A DNA stretch of 48,996 nucleotides from a virus, in IMG/VR virus record IMGVR_UViG_3300037873_000028, positions 1 through 48,996 of that record. One strand, given 5' to 3'. A program made the translations under genes and the position numbers. Under the pieces are notes generated by a model, which was not told the DNA's origin, did not search any database, and saw only the letters and a program-made list of their open reading frames with translations. Below are positions 13,586-21,440 of this stretch, one piece after another. Within the stretch, counting starts at the first letter, position 1, and every line of letters begins with the position of its first letter.

Positions 13586-14886
13586 ACGAGACACCGGACA
13601 TCCAGTATGGGCGCCTGTTGGAAGCTGCCGAGATCAGCGGCTACGCCGCGCACCGTGCGTTCGAGGTCACGCGAGGGCTGCTGGAATCCGGCGACTGGCA
13701 GAGGGTGGGGCCGGGCTTCAACGACGTGAGCCTGTTCGTCCGTAGCGTGCCGTTCGGGACGCTGAACCCGCCGGAGGAGTTGCGGAAGTCGTACGAACGG
13801 ATTGCCGCCGAGCATGGCGCCACACAGCGCGCTATCGCAGACAGCGCCGGGGTCAGTCAGTCAACCGTCCACAGGGACCTGGCTCCTGATTCAAGTGAAT
13901 CGGGGCCGGGAGTAGCCGCTGCCACTGACCTGCAAGAACCGGAGCAAGCATCGGATGTAGGTGATTCATTTGAATCACAGCCACTCCCCGACCTGCCCGC
14001 TGGGCAGGACGTAGCTGACGAGATTCTGGCAGGGATAGACCAGCAGACCGCAGCGCCAGAACCAGATCATGCGCCGGAGATCGCCCCCAAGCGCGAATCG
14101 GTCATGCTGACCTTGTACGACCACACCGGCAAGGGGCATCCGTACCCAAAGCCCCAGAGCAAGCCCACCTTCAACGAGACCACCGGCGAAGGCATCTCCT
14201 GGGCCGCCTGGTCCTGGAACCCGGTCACCGGCTGCCTCCACGGCTGCGACTACTGCTACGCCCGCGCCATCATCCACCGATACCCCGAACCCAACCCGGC
14301 CGGGTTCACGCCGCTGTTCCATGATGAGCGGCTGAGCGCGCCCGGCAACACCACTATCCCCGAACGGCACCGCGATGATCCCGCCTACAGCCGGGTGTTC
14401 GTCTGCTCGATGGCAGATCTCTACGGCCGGTGGGTGCCGTTGAAGTGGATCGAGGATGTACACAAGGCGATGACCGACAACCCGCAATGGGAATACCTGC
14501 TGCTGACCAAGTTCCCGGACCGGTACGTCGAGCTGGAGCTACCGGCCACCGCCTGGGTAGGCACCTCGGTCGATGAGCAGAAGCGGGTGCGGATCGCCGA
14601 GCGCGCCTTCCGCCGCATCGAGGGCGTCAAGGTCAAGTGGCTGTCGCTCGAACCATTGAGGGAGCCTCTGGAGTTCACCGACCTGTCCATGTTCGACTGG
14701 GTTGTCATCGGCGCCCAGACGGCTACGGTCCAGCCCACCGGCCCGGTGCCCGCCTTCGGCCCGCCGTCCAAGTGGGTCGACCAGATCAAACGGCTCGCTG
14801 ATGCGGCCGGCATCCCGGTGCACGAGAAACCCAACCTGTACAACGGGAATCCCGGGGCGCAGCCGCGAAACGAGTACCCGGCATGA
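13582..14886 (+). CDS. HTH domain fused to a Gp37/Gp68 (PF07505/DUF5131) radical-SAM-like domain (434 aa)
   Basis: N-terminal HTH is ATQRAIADSAGVSQSTVHRDL. An acidic linker of about 100 aa follows. The C-terminal WNPVTGCLHGCDYCYA carries a CxxxCxxC motif typical of DUF5131. Confidence 0.75.
   Translation: MNETPDIQYGRLLEAAEISGYAAHRAFEVTRGLLESGDWQRVGPGFNDVSLFVRSVPFGTLNPPEELRKSYERIAAEHGATQRAIADSAGVSQSTVHRDLAPDSSESGPGVAAATDLQEPEQASDVGDSFESQPLPDLPAGQDVADEILAGIDQQTAAPEPDHAPEIAPKRESVMLTLYDHTGKGHPYPKPQSKPTFNETTGEGISWAAWSWNPVTGCLHGCDYCYARAIIHRYPEPNPAGFTPLFHDERLSAPGNTTIPERHRDDPAYSRVFVCSMADLYGRWVPLKWIEDVHKAMTDNPQWEYLLLTKFPDRYVELELPATAWVGTSVDEQKRVRIAERAFRRIEGVKVKWLSLEPLREPLEFTDLSMFDWVVIGAQTATVQPTGPVPAFGPPSKWVDQIKRLADAAGIPVHEKPNLYNGNPGAQPRNEYPA
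13888..13978. repeat. Two AT-rich palindromes GATTCAnnTGAATC, 75 bp apart, inside the linker of CDS 13582..14886
   Basis: 13888-13901 is gattcaagtgaatc. 13961-13978 is gtgattcatttgaatcac, with perfect 8-bp arms. I found no other copy in the window by eye. Confidence 0.8.
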
Positions 14887-14956
14887 CCCGCCACCGACCT
14901 ATCCGGAAGCCCGCACCCGCCCAGGCGGAAAGCGCACCGGAGCAAGGAGCCGCCTG

Positions 14957-15643
14957 ATGCCCTGGGTCCGGTTCGATGACCAGTACCCGATCCACCGCAA
15001 GGTGAAGCCCTTGTCGGACTCCGAATATCGGTGGCACAACGAGGCGATCTTCTGGTGTGCACGAAACCTCACAGACGGATACGTGCCCGCTGAGGACGTG
15101 GCGGAAGTGTCAGTGGTACGGCGGCCGCACAAGGTCATCCCTTGCCTGGTGGCTCGGGGCTTACTTCACGAAACCGGACACCACTGCGCATCACCACAAT
15201 GCCCACCCGCGCCGGGTGGGGACGGTTGGATGTTGCACGACTACTGGGACTACCAGCCGTCCAAGGTCAAGGTGCTCGCCGAACGCAGGGCCAAAGCCGA
15301 ACGGCAGGCCCGCTGGCTCGCCAAGCGGAACGGGGCGGCATCCACAGGGCCAGCCGCCTTATCCACAACGGGTATGTCCGGGAATCCTCGGGATGGTCCG
15401 AAAAAAGACGCCGATGCAGACGCGTCTACAGACGCGTCTGGAGACGCGTCTGTAGACGCCCCCCCGCCCCGCCCCGCCCCGAAGGAGGCGGTGGCGGGCC
15501 ACCGCAGCACCGCCCGCCGCCAGCGCGCTGGCGGCGCGGCGGGCGGTGAGCCGAACGTCCGAACATCACCCACCTGCCCACGCTGCGGCAACCCCACCAG
15601 CAGCGCCTACCACCGCAACGTCTGCGCCAAGCAGACGCCATGA
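14957..15643 (+). CDS. Putative replication organiser / DNA-binding protein (228 aa)
   Basis: ATG at 14957 after AAGGAG. The MPWVRFDDQYPIHRKV...SEYRWHNEAIFWCARNLTDGYVP N-terminus is of a type I associate with actinophage replication/DNA-binding proteins. C-terminal CPRCG. The function is inferred, not established. Confidence 0.5.
   Translation: MPWVRFDDQYPIHRKVKPLSDSEYRWHNEAIFWCARNLTDGYVPAEDVAEVSVVRRPHKVIPCLVARGLLHETGHHCASPQCPPAPGGDGWMLHDYWDYQPSKVKVLAERRAKAERQARWLAKRNGAASTGPAALSTTGMSGNPRDGPKKDADADASTDASGDASVDAPPPRPAPKEAVAGHRSTARRQRAGGAAGGEPNVRTSPTCPRCGNPTSSAYHRNVCAKQTP
15406..15460. repeat. Five 12-bp-phased units: three perfect AGACGCGTCT palindromes flanked by two AGACGCC half-sites
   Basis: Palindromes are at 15418-27, 15430-39 and 15442-51. 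Half-sites are at 15406-12 and 15454-60. An A6 tract (15401-06) precedes them and a (CCCCG)n tract (15461-80) follows. Confidence 0.85.
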
Positions 15644-15686
15644 CCCCGACCTGCCGGTCCGAGCGGCTCGCACGAAAGGACCCACC

Positions 15687-15884
15687 ATGACCACTCAGCT
15701 CGAACACGACCCAGACGAGGCCACCGACATGACCCGAGCCCAGCGGATCCGTGCTGATGCCGTCATCGTCGCCAGCCAGCTGCTCGGCGACGGCATCACC
15801 GGCACCACCGACGCCATCGCCGCGTACCTGATCGAGCTGGCCGAGCCGATCGCCGACTGGATCCGCGACGGGAGCCGGCCATGA
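15687..15884 (+). CDS. Hypothetical acidic protein (65 aa)
   Basis: ATG after AAAGGA. ATGA overlap at the 3' end. Confidence 0.55.
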   Translation: MTTQLEHDPDEATDMTRAQRIRADAVIVASQLLGDGITGTTDAIAAYLIELAEPIADWIRDGSRP

Positions 15885-16072
15885 CCGCCATCTTCTGGAC
15901 CGGCGCCGCCCTCGTGGTCACACCCCTACTTGCACTTCTCGGGTTCGCGAACCTGGTGCTCTACCGCCAGGAGGGCTGGCGCGGGCCGGCCTGGTTCTGG
16001 GGCATCCTGGGCGCCATCCTCGGCCCGATCCTGGTCGGCGCCATCCTGCTCAACGTCGGGAGCCCGTCATGA
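15881..16072 (+). CDS. Small membrane protein (63 aa, two TM)
   Basis: AALVVTPLLALLGFANLVLY and FWGILGAILGPILVGAILL. Confidence 0.55.
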   Translation: MTAIFWTGAALVVTPLLALLGFANLVLYRQEGWRGPAWFWGILGAILGPILVGAILLNVGSPS

Positions 16073-17421
16073 CCACCCACCAGCTGTGTGCGGCACCGGT
16101 CGGGCTGAACCCCGACCCCGACAGCCGCGAGCGTGTCCAGTGCGGCCAGCAGCGCCCGTGCCCGGTCCACGACCAGCCGTCCGCCGCGCCCGCCCAGCCG
16201 GCCCAGGACGCCCCGGCAGCCGCCGCCCCTACCCCGGGGACCACCGGCCCGGCCATCCTGGGACGGGCGCTGCTGGACCGGCACGGCACGCTGTGGCAGG
16301 ACGATGCGCCACTGAGAAACGACGTTGACATGCTGAAGGCAGGCGCCACATACGTCACTCGCTCGTATGCCGAGAACTACGGCGGCCCGTTGCGGCCAGT
16401 GCTGCTGGTGGACCCGGCCGTCGCCAGGGTGCTGGATGCGGCGGCCGCGGTGCTGCGCGAGTGGCGGCACCCAACCGGCCTGCCGCCCATCAAGGCGATG
16501 CGTGCCGAGCGCCGCGACTCCATCGCTGCGCAGTGGGAGGAACTCGCGGACCTGCTAGACGACGCCCTGGCCGCCGCCGTGGACGCGCTCGGGGAACCGG
16601 CCGGCACACCACCAGCCGACACACCGGCCGGCGACAGCATCGACCCGGCCACCATCCCAGACCAGCGGGCCAAGAACTGGGCCGACTGGCACCCGGAGAC
16701 CTACTGCCACCGCTGCGGCCGGCGCAACATCTGGTCCTGGTACGCCGACAGCGCCGTCTGGAACGAGGCTGAGGGCGACGGCGGCGGCATCCTTTGCCCG
16801 GTGTGCTTCGTGGCCGACCATGAGCGGGTCACCGGGGCGCGCACGTCCTGGCGGCTGGCCCCGGCTGGCAAGACGGACGAGGTGGGGCACCTGGTCCGTT
16901 CCGAGGCGGAGATGCGGCACCAGCTGGACACCGCCCGCGCCGAGTTGGACACGGCGAGCTCGCAGGCCACGTCCCGCTGGCAGCGCATCATCGAGCTGCG
17001 CGCCGAGCTGGCCACCGCCCGCCGGCACGCCGAGTACCGGGCGACAGACGGGCCGGGTTGGGACCGGTACACCGTGGAGGGGGTGATCGACCGGAGCTGC
17101 GCCGATGCCACCGGTGAGGAGCTGGACCAGCTACGGGCGCTGCTGGACGACGTGGACCAGTACGAGGGATGGGCCGAGCGGCTGGCCGAGCACATCCCGG
17201 AGGAGGAGGGCGACGACGTGGCCACGCCGGGGCTGGTCGAGCAGTGGATGGCCCGGCAGCCCGCGCTGCGGGAGGAGATCCGCCGGGACGCCGCCGCCGA
17301 CGCGCTGGTCTTCGCCGCTGGTCTGGCGCACCGCTGGAGCCAGACTGAGTTGGCCGGGGACCTGCGCCACATAGCCGCCGAGATCCGCGCCGGCACTCGC
17401 AGTATTGGAGATGTCAGGTGA
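16069..17421 (+). CDS. Hypothetical 450-aa protein with an internal zinc-ribbon-like motif and coiled-coil-like C-terminal half
   Basis: YCHRCGRRN ... LCPVCF. GC3 is high throughout. I recognise no enzymatic motif. Confidence 0.7.
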   Translation: MTTHQLCAAPVGLNPDPDSRERVQCGQQRPCPVHDQPSAAPAQPAQDAPAAAAPTPGTTGPAILGRALLDRHGTLWQDDAPLRNDVDMLKAGATYVTRSYAENYGGPLRPVLLVDPAVARVLDAAAAVLREWRHPTGLPPIKAMRAERRDSIAAQWEELADLLDDALAAAVDALGEPAGTPPADTPAGDSIDPATIPDQRAKNWADWHPETYCHRCGRRNIWSWYADSAVWNEAEGDGGGILCPVCFVADHERVTGARTSWRLAPAGKTDEVGHLVRSEAEMRHQLDTARAELDTASSQATSRWQRIIELRAELATARRHAEYRATDGPGWDRYTVEGVIDRSCADATGEELDQLRALLDDVDQYEGWAERLAEHIPEEEGDDVATPGLVEQWMARQPALREEIRRDAAADALVFAAGLAHRWSQTELAGDLRHIAAEIRAGTRSIGDVR

Positions 17422-18167
17422 CGGTCGTGCGAATCCCACTGCATCATGGTCTGTTTCTGCTAGTCGATGATGCCGATGCGGAAGCTGTCTCCCAGTTCAG
17501 GTGGCGTCCTGCGGGGAAGCGGGAAACCTATTACGCACGACGACGCTTCCTAGAACCTGATGGGGATTCCGTGCGAGAGCGAGGCCAGTTCGTGCACACC
17601 TTCTTGACCGGTTGGCCACGGGTTGACCACATCAACGGCAACGGCTTGGACAACCGGCGCTGCAACTTGCGACCTGCTACTGAGTCACAGAACCAAGCCA
17701 ATCGCCAAAAAACCAAGGGAACATCTCGCTACAAGGGCGTTGTTTGGGACACGTCGAGGCTTAGGTGGCTAGCGAGGATTTACCCGCAGGGGAAGCAGAT
17801 CAAGCTTGGCCGCTTCATGTCGGAGGAGGATGCAGCACTCGCCTACGACGATGCAGCGCGCCGCTACTTCGGTGACTACGCTGCCCTGAACTTTCCACGT
17901 CCGGGCGAGCAGTCGGCCCTTGGCAGGGTGGCACCGGTAGCCAGGGGGCTTCCCCTGGTCGGTCGTGGGGTCAGGGGTCACCGCCTTGTACGCGTCACCG
18001 CCAAGGAATATCAATGCTCCTGCGGATGCCCACTTGTCTTCGCCCCGCACGGAAAGAGTCAGACTCGCGCTAGGGAAGCAATGAAGGCACACTGCCAAGA
18101 CCTCCTCAAGGTCCGTCCCGTCCCCGGCAGCCCGGCCCCGGCCAGCGGAGAGGACGCGGACCAGTGA
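17418..18167 (+). CDS. HNH endonuclease with AP2 domain (paralog 2 of 3) plus a C-terminal extension
   Basis: DHINGNGLDNRRCNLRPATESQNQAN plus SRYKGV...LGRF..EEDAALAYDDAARRYFGDYAALNFP. GTGA overlap. GC is lower than in the flanks. Confidence 0.85.
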   Translation: MTVVRIPLHHGLFLLVDDADAEAVSQFRWRPAGKRETYYARRRFLEPDGDSVRERGQFVHTFLTGWPRVDHINGNGLDNRRCNLRPATESQNQANRQKTKGTSRYKGVVWDTSRLRWLARIYPQGKQIKLGRFMSEEDAALAYDDAARRYFGDYAALNFPRPGEQSALGRVAPVARGLPLVGRGVRGHRLVRVTAKEYQCSCGCPLVFAPHGKSQTRAREAMKAHCQDLLKVRPVPGSPAPASGEDADQ

Positions 18168-18340
18168 GGCGGTACGAGCTGATCTCCCGCGAGCACTACA
18201 GGTTGGATGACCAGGGGCGGCGCCGCCCCTGGCGGCACTGGCCCACCTGCCTGACCTGCGATGGCACGGGCGTACTGCGCAGCGGCTACACCGCGTGTTC
18301 GTGTGGGAGCTGGGCCAGCGGAGAGGAGCCCGACCGATGA
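18164..18340 (+). CDS. Small Cys-rich protein (58 aa)
   Basis: Hand-translated: VRRYELISREHYRLDDQGRRRPWRHWPTCLTCDGTGVLRSGYTACSCGSW. GTGA and ATGA overlaps. Confidence 0.4.
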   Translation: MRRYELISREHYRLDDQGRRRPWRHWPTCLTCDGTGVLRSGYTACSCGSWASGEEPDR

Positions 18341-18678
18341 TGCCGCTGCTGACCATCTGGGGGTGGCTGCTGATCGGCGCCATCATCGGCCGGGTGGCGT
18401 TCGTGCGCATCCTCGCCGACCAGCCACGCCGCGGCCCGGTGGAGCGAACCAACCAGTACGGCGGGCGACACACGGTGGAGGACGGGTGGACGGATGCATT
18501 CGGCCGCGCTGTGGGGACCGGCATCGCCTGCGTGGTGGCGTGGCCGCTGGCCGTGCCGCTGGCGTTGATGCTCGCCCACACCGGCACCGAGAAGCTACGC
18601 GCCAAGCGTGAGCGGCTGGCGGCTGAGGTGGCAGCGCTGCAGAAGCAGGTGGCACTACTGGAGGATGACCATGCGTAA
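18337..18678 (+). CDS. Membrane protein (113 aa) with a C-terminal coiled-coil-like segment
   Basis: MMPLLTIWGWLLIGAIIGRVAF and IACVVAWPLAVPLALML. Confidence 0.55.
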   Translation: MMPLLTIWGWLLIGAIIGRVAFVRILADQPRRGPVERTNQYGGRHTVEDGWTDAFGRAVGTGIACVVAWPLAVPLALMLAHTGTEKLRAKRERLAAEVAALQKQVALLEDDHA

Positions 18679-18880
18679 CCCGCTGAGCAACCCGGTTCCG
18701 AAGCCCACCATCCTGCCGCCGGGCCATCCTGACTTCTGGGCTGACAGCGTCCGGTTCTGGCGGGAGATGCAGGTCTTCTGGCGCCGGCAGGGGCGTATAG
18801 CGCTGATCACCATGTGGCTGTGGGGTGTCGTAGCGGCTCTGCTGGTGCTCTGGGCGGTGCTGGGGTCGGACGGTGGCTGA
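18671..18880 (+). CDS. Small membrane protein (69 aa)
   Basis: ATG 6 nt after GGAGG, with an alternative ATG at 18665. Contains ALITMWLWGVVAALLVLWAVL. Confidence 0.5.
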   Translation: MRNPLSNPVPKPTILPPGHPDFWADSVRFWREMQVFWRRQGRIALITMWLWGVVAALLVLWAVLGSDGG

Positions 18881-18881
18881 C

Positions 18882-19208
18882 ATGGCGCCCAAGCATCCAC
18901 CGCCGCCGCTGGAGTGGCACCCCTACTACCGGGACCGGACCTGGCTGCTGGACTGGCTGAATGGCGATGGATCGCTGGGCGGACATAACACGCTTCGTAT
19001 CCCCGTGATGGCTCCGATCCGGTTGCCAACTCCCGACGCCCTTTACCCGGTCGAGCCGATGACGTCCCTCACGATGACCCGCTATAAGGCGATGGGACCG
19101 GCGCCCTACGTCGGTAGGCCGTTCGTCTACGTGTGGTGGGTCGGGGTAGACGACTACGGCCGGTCCATCGCCAGCGACTCCCGCATCGCGTACACCGACG
19201 GGCGGTGA
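18882..19208 (+). CDS. Hypothetical protein (108 aa)
   Basis: ATG at 18882, with an alternative GTG at 18873. Confidence 0.55.
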   Translation: MAPKHPPPPLEWHPYYRDRTWLLDWLNGDGSLGGHNTLRIPVMAPIRLPTPDALYPVEPMTSLTMTRYKAMGPAPYVGRPFVYVWWVGVDDYGRSIASDSRIAYTDGR

Positions 19209-19211
19209 CCC

Positions 19212-20105
19212 GTGGCCGACTGCGCCGTCTGCGGCCGCCCCCAGCCTGACACCGGCTGGGTGGACGCCCCGTGCGAGCGTGACCTGGCCGCCCAGCTCCG
19301 GGACGGCGCCGACCTGTGGCCGGAGCTGCGGGTCACCATCGCCCGACTGGCCCGGATGTCCGAGCCGGGACCGCGAGCCCGAGGTAGGGCTCCGGCGCAG
19401 CCGATCCGCCCCGACTCGGGGGTGATGGTCGGCCCAATCTGCCAGAAGTGCACGCACAGGTCATGCCGGAGTATCCGTAGCCCCGACTACCAGCTGGGCG
19501 CCATGACCGGGCTGCCGTTCAACTGGCTGGCGGCCGAGGTGGCGGAGGCGGTGCGGAGCACGGTCACCACCTGGTGCCGGGTGGTGGCTGGGGAGCGCTG
19601 GGGTCCGGACGGGCCACCGGCCGCCCCGCCCCCCGCCACGCCAGCACTGATGCGGTGGTTGGCCGGTCAGCTCAAGTGGATCCGGTATCAGCCGTTCGCC
19701 GGCGAGGCGTGGGATGAGCTGGGCTACGCCTGCGGCCTGATCGGGCCGGCGGTGGACCGGCCGCCACCGCGGCGGCTGGACGCCGGCCCGTGCCTGGCCC
19801 CCACCGCTGCTGGACCGTGCCGGCAGCGGCTGTCAGCCTCACCCAGGGCGGCCTACGTCCACTGCCCGGCCTGCCGGACCACCCACAGCGCCATCGACCG
19901 CTCAGCGACCATCCTGGCCGCTGCGGTGGACATCCGGCTGACCGCGGAGGAGTGCGCCCACCTGCTCAGCCTCCACGGCTGGCCGACCCCGGCCGGGACG
20001 GTCCGCTCATGGGCGAGTCGGCGCCGGCTGACCGTGGCCGGCCGGATCCGGTTCGGCGAGGTGTACAAGCTGCGGATTGCGATGAGAGAGAGGATCAACG
20101 CATGA
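19212..20105 (+). CDS. Hypothetical Cys-containing protein (297 aa) with a possible C-terminal MerR/excisionase-like HTH
   Basis: N-terminal CAVCG...C, internal CQKC and CPAC. C-terminal LTAEECAHLLSLHGWPTPAGTVRSWASRRRL. The HTH call is tentative. Confidence 0.6.
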   Translation: MADCAVCGRPQPDTGWVDAPCERDLAAQLRDGADLWPELRVTIARLARMSEPGPRARGRAPAQPIRPDSGVMVGPICQKCTHRSCRSIRSPDYQLGAMTGLPFNWLAAEVAEAVRSTVTTWCRVVAGERWGPDGPPAAPPPATPALMRWLAGQLKWIRYQPFAGEAWDELGYACGLIGPAVDRPPPRRLDAGPCLAPTAAGPCRQRLSASPRAAYVHCPACRTTHSAIDRSATILAAAVDIRLTAEECAHLLSLHGWPTPAGTVRSWASRRRLTVAGRIRFGEVYKLRIAMRERINA

Positions 20106-20470
20106 CCTTGGTGGAGTTCCTGGCCGCCCAGCTGGACCAGCATGAGGCGGAGGCGCGTGACTGGCAGGGCAGCCACAGTCCGCAGTTCCCGTCGCTAACC
20201 GACCCGGCTCAAGTGCTGGCCGAGGTGGCGCTCAAGCGACAACTCCTGACCGAGCACGAGCCGAAGCCCCTGGTAGATCCCGATGGCCGGGAGCGTCCAG
20301 ACTGGCCCGAACGAGTATGTCGAGTCCACGACCATCGGTGGATGGGGACGCCCGGCTGGGCGCAGGGCGACGACTTTGAACCGCCCGAGCCCGAATACTG
20401 CCCGTTGATCCGCGCGCTTGCCCTGACCTACGCTGACCACCCAGGCTATGACCAGAGCTGGCGGCCGTGA
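20102..20470 (+). CDS. Hypothetical protein (122 aa), DUF6221-like
   Basis: LVEFLAAQLDQHEAEAR ... HSP ... VLAEVALKRQLL resembles the recalled DUF6221 pattern common in actinobacteria and their phages. Confidence 0.55.
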   Translation: MTLVEFLAAQLDQHEAEARDWQGSHSPQFPSLTDPAQVLAEVALKRQLLTEHEPKPLVDPDGRERPDWPERVCRVHDHRWMGTPGWAQGDDFEPPEPEYCPLIRALALTYADHPGYDQSWRP

Positions 20471-20537
20471 TGCGGCAGGCCAGGGGCATGATCTGGTATC
20501 TTGCAACGCAACACCGCCAGTGGACGAGGTGTGCCCG

Positions 20538-20714
20538 ATGAGCATGTACCGGTTCACGGAGTCTGACGTTGCCGACATCGATATGGCGCTGGAGATGTAC
20601 TGGGTGAGCCCAGATGGCCAGGCACACTACGAGGCGTTTATGGCCAGCCTGCCCGACGCGACGATGGAGCTGTCTGGCGTCCTGATCAACCTGAACGAGG
20701 ACGAGGCGCCATGA
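20538..20714 (+). CDS. Small acidic protein (58 aa)
   Basis: Trimmed to the ATG at 20538, after GGACGAGGTG. Confidence 0.45.
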   Translation: MSMYRFTESDVADIDMALEMYWVSPDGQAHYEAFMASLPDATMELSGVLINLNEDEAP

Positions 20715-20959
20715 GCGACCAGGACCTCGCCGCCAAGTGGGAGCGGGCCGACCACCAACTGACCATCCTGGTAGGCGCCGCCGCCACCGACCTGCTCGGC
20801 CAGCCACCCCACACCGTGGCGCTCAGCCTCGCCCGGCTGCTCCACCAGCGGCACGACACGGACACCATCCTCGGGTACGCGGCCATGGCCATCACCCGGC
20901 TCGGCATGCAGAAGAAGGCCGAGCTGGAGGCTACCGACCCGCCAGGTTCGAGCAGATAG
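20711..20959 (+). CDS. Hypothetical protein (82 aa)
   Basis: ATGA overlap at 20711. Confidence 0.55.
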   Translation: MSDQDLAAKWERADHQLTILVGAAATDLLGQPPHTVALSLARLLHQRHDTDTILGYAAMAITRLGMQKKAELEATDPPGSSR

Positions 20960-21380
20960 CCGAGCCTCGTACCGCCGCCGGTCCGTATTGGCACCGGTTG
21001 AGCACCCACGTCCGCGCCGGCACGGTCCCCAGCAACTCCGGGTGCCGGCCGGTCGCTGCCGCGAACGCGGTCAGGTCGGGGCATGCGACGATAGCCCCGT
21101 CCAGGCCCGTGACGGTGTCGCGCATCTCGCTGACCGCGGCCGCCTGCGCTACCAGCCGGGTGCACTCCGCGGGGTCGTCCGTAGGTTGCGCCATCCACAG
21201 GATGGCACCCAGCGCCAGCGCCGGCGCCACGATGCTCAGCGCTATCGGCACCTGCCGGCGCCGGGCGGCGGCCACCGCGTACCGCTGCCAGTCGTCCGCG
21301 CTCGTCAACGGTGGCGGCGCGAGCAGGCCGGCGCCGATCAGCAGCCGGTCCCACCGGGTGATGCGGGTCAGGGGTCTCAT
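20931..21380 (-). CDS. Reverse-strand membrane-anchored, Cys-containing protein (149 aa)
   Basis: Trimmed to the ATG at 21380. GC3 is high on the minus frame (checked codon by codon). The TM segment is VPIALSIVAPALALGAILWM, followed by a domain with four Cys. Its 3' end overlaps CDS 20711..20959 convergently by 29 nt. Confidence 0.6.
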   Translation of the reverse strand: MRPLTRITRWDRLLIGAGLLAPPPLTSADDWQRYAVAAARRRQVPIALSIVAPALALGAILWMAQPTDDPAECTRLVAQAAAVSEMRDTVTGLDGAIVACPDLTAFAAATGRHPELLGTVPARTWVLNRCQYGPAAVRGSAICSNLAGR

Positions 21381-21440
21381 GCCCCGCAGTATCGGGGGGC
21401 GTATCAACCCCCGCCCCCCTAGTGTCGGATAGGCGACGAA

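Noticed and set aside
15406-15460. Possible CRISPR array or minisatellite
   Set aside because: The units are only 12 bp with no spacers, and there are no cas genes. The array lies in frame inside a CDS. It is better explained as iterons or a tetrapeptide repeat.
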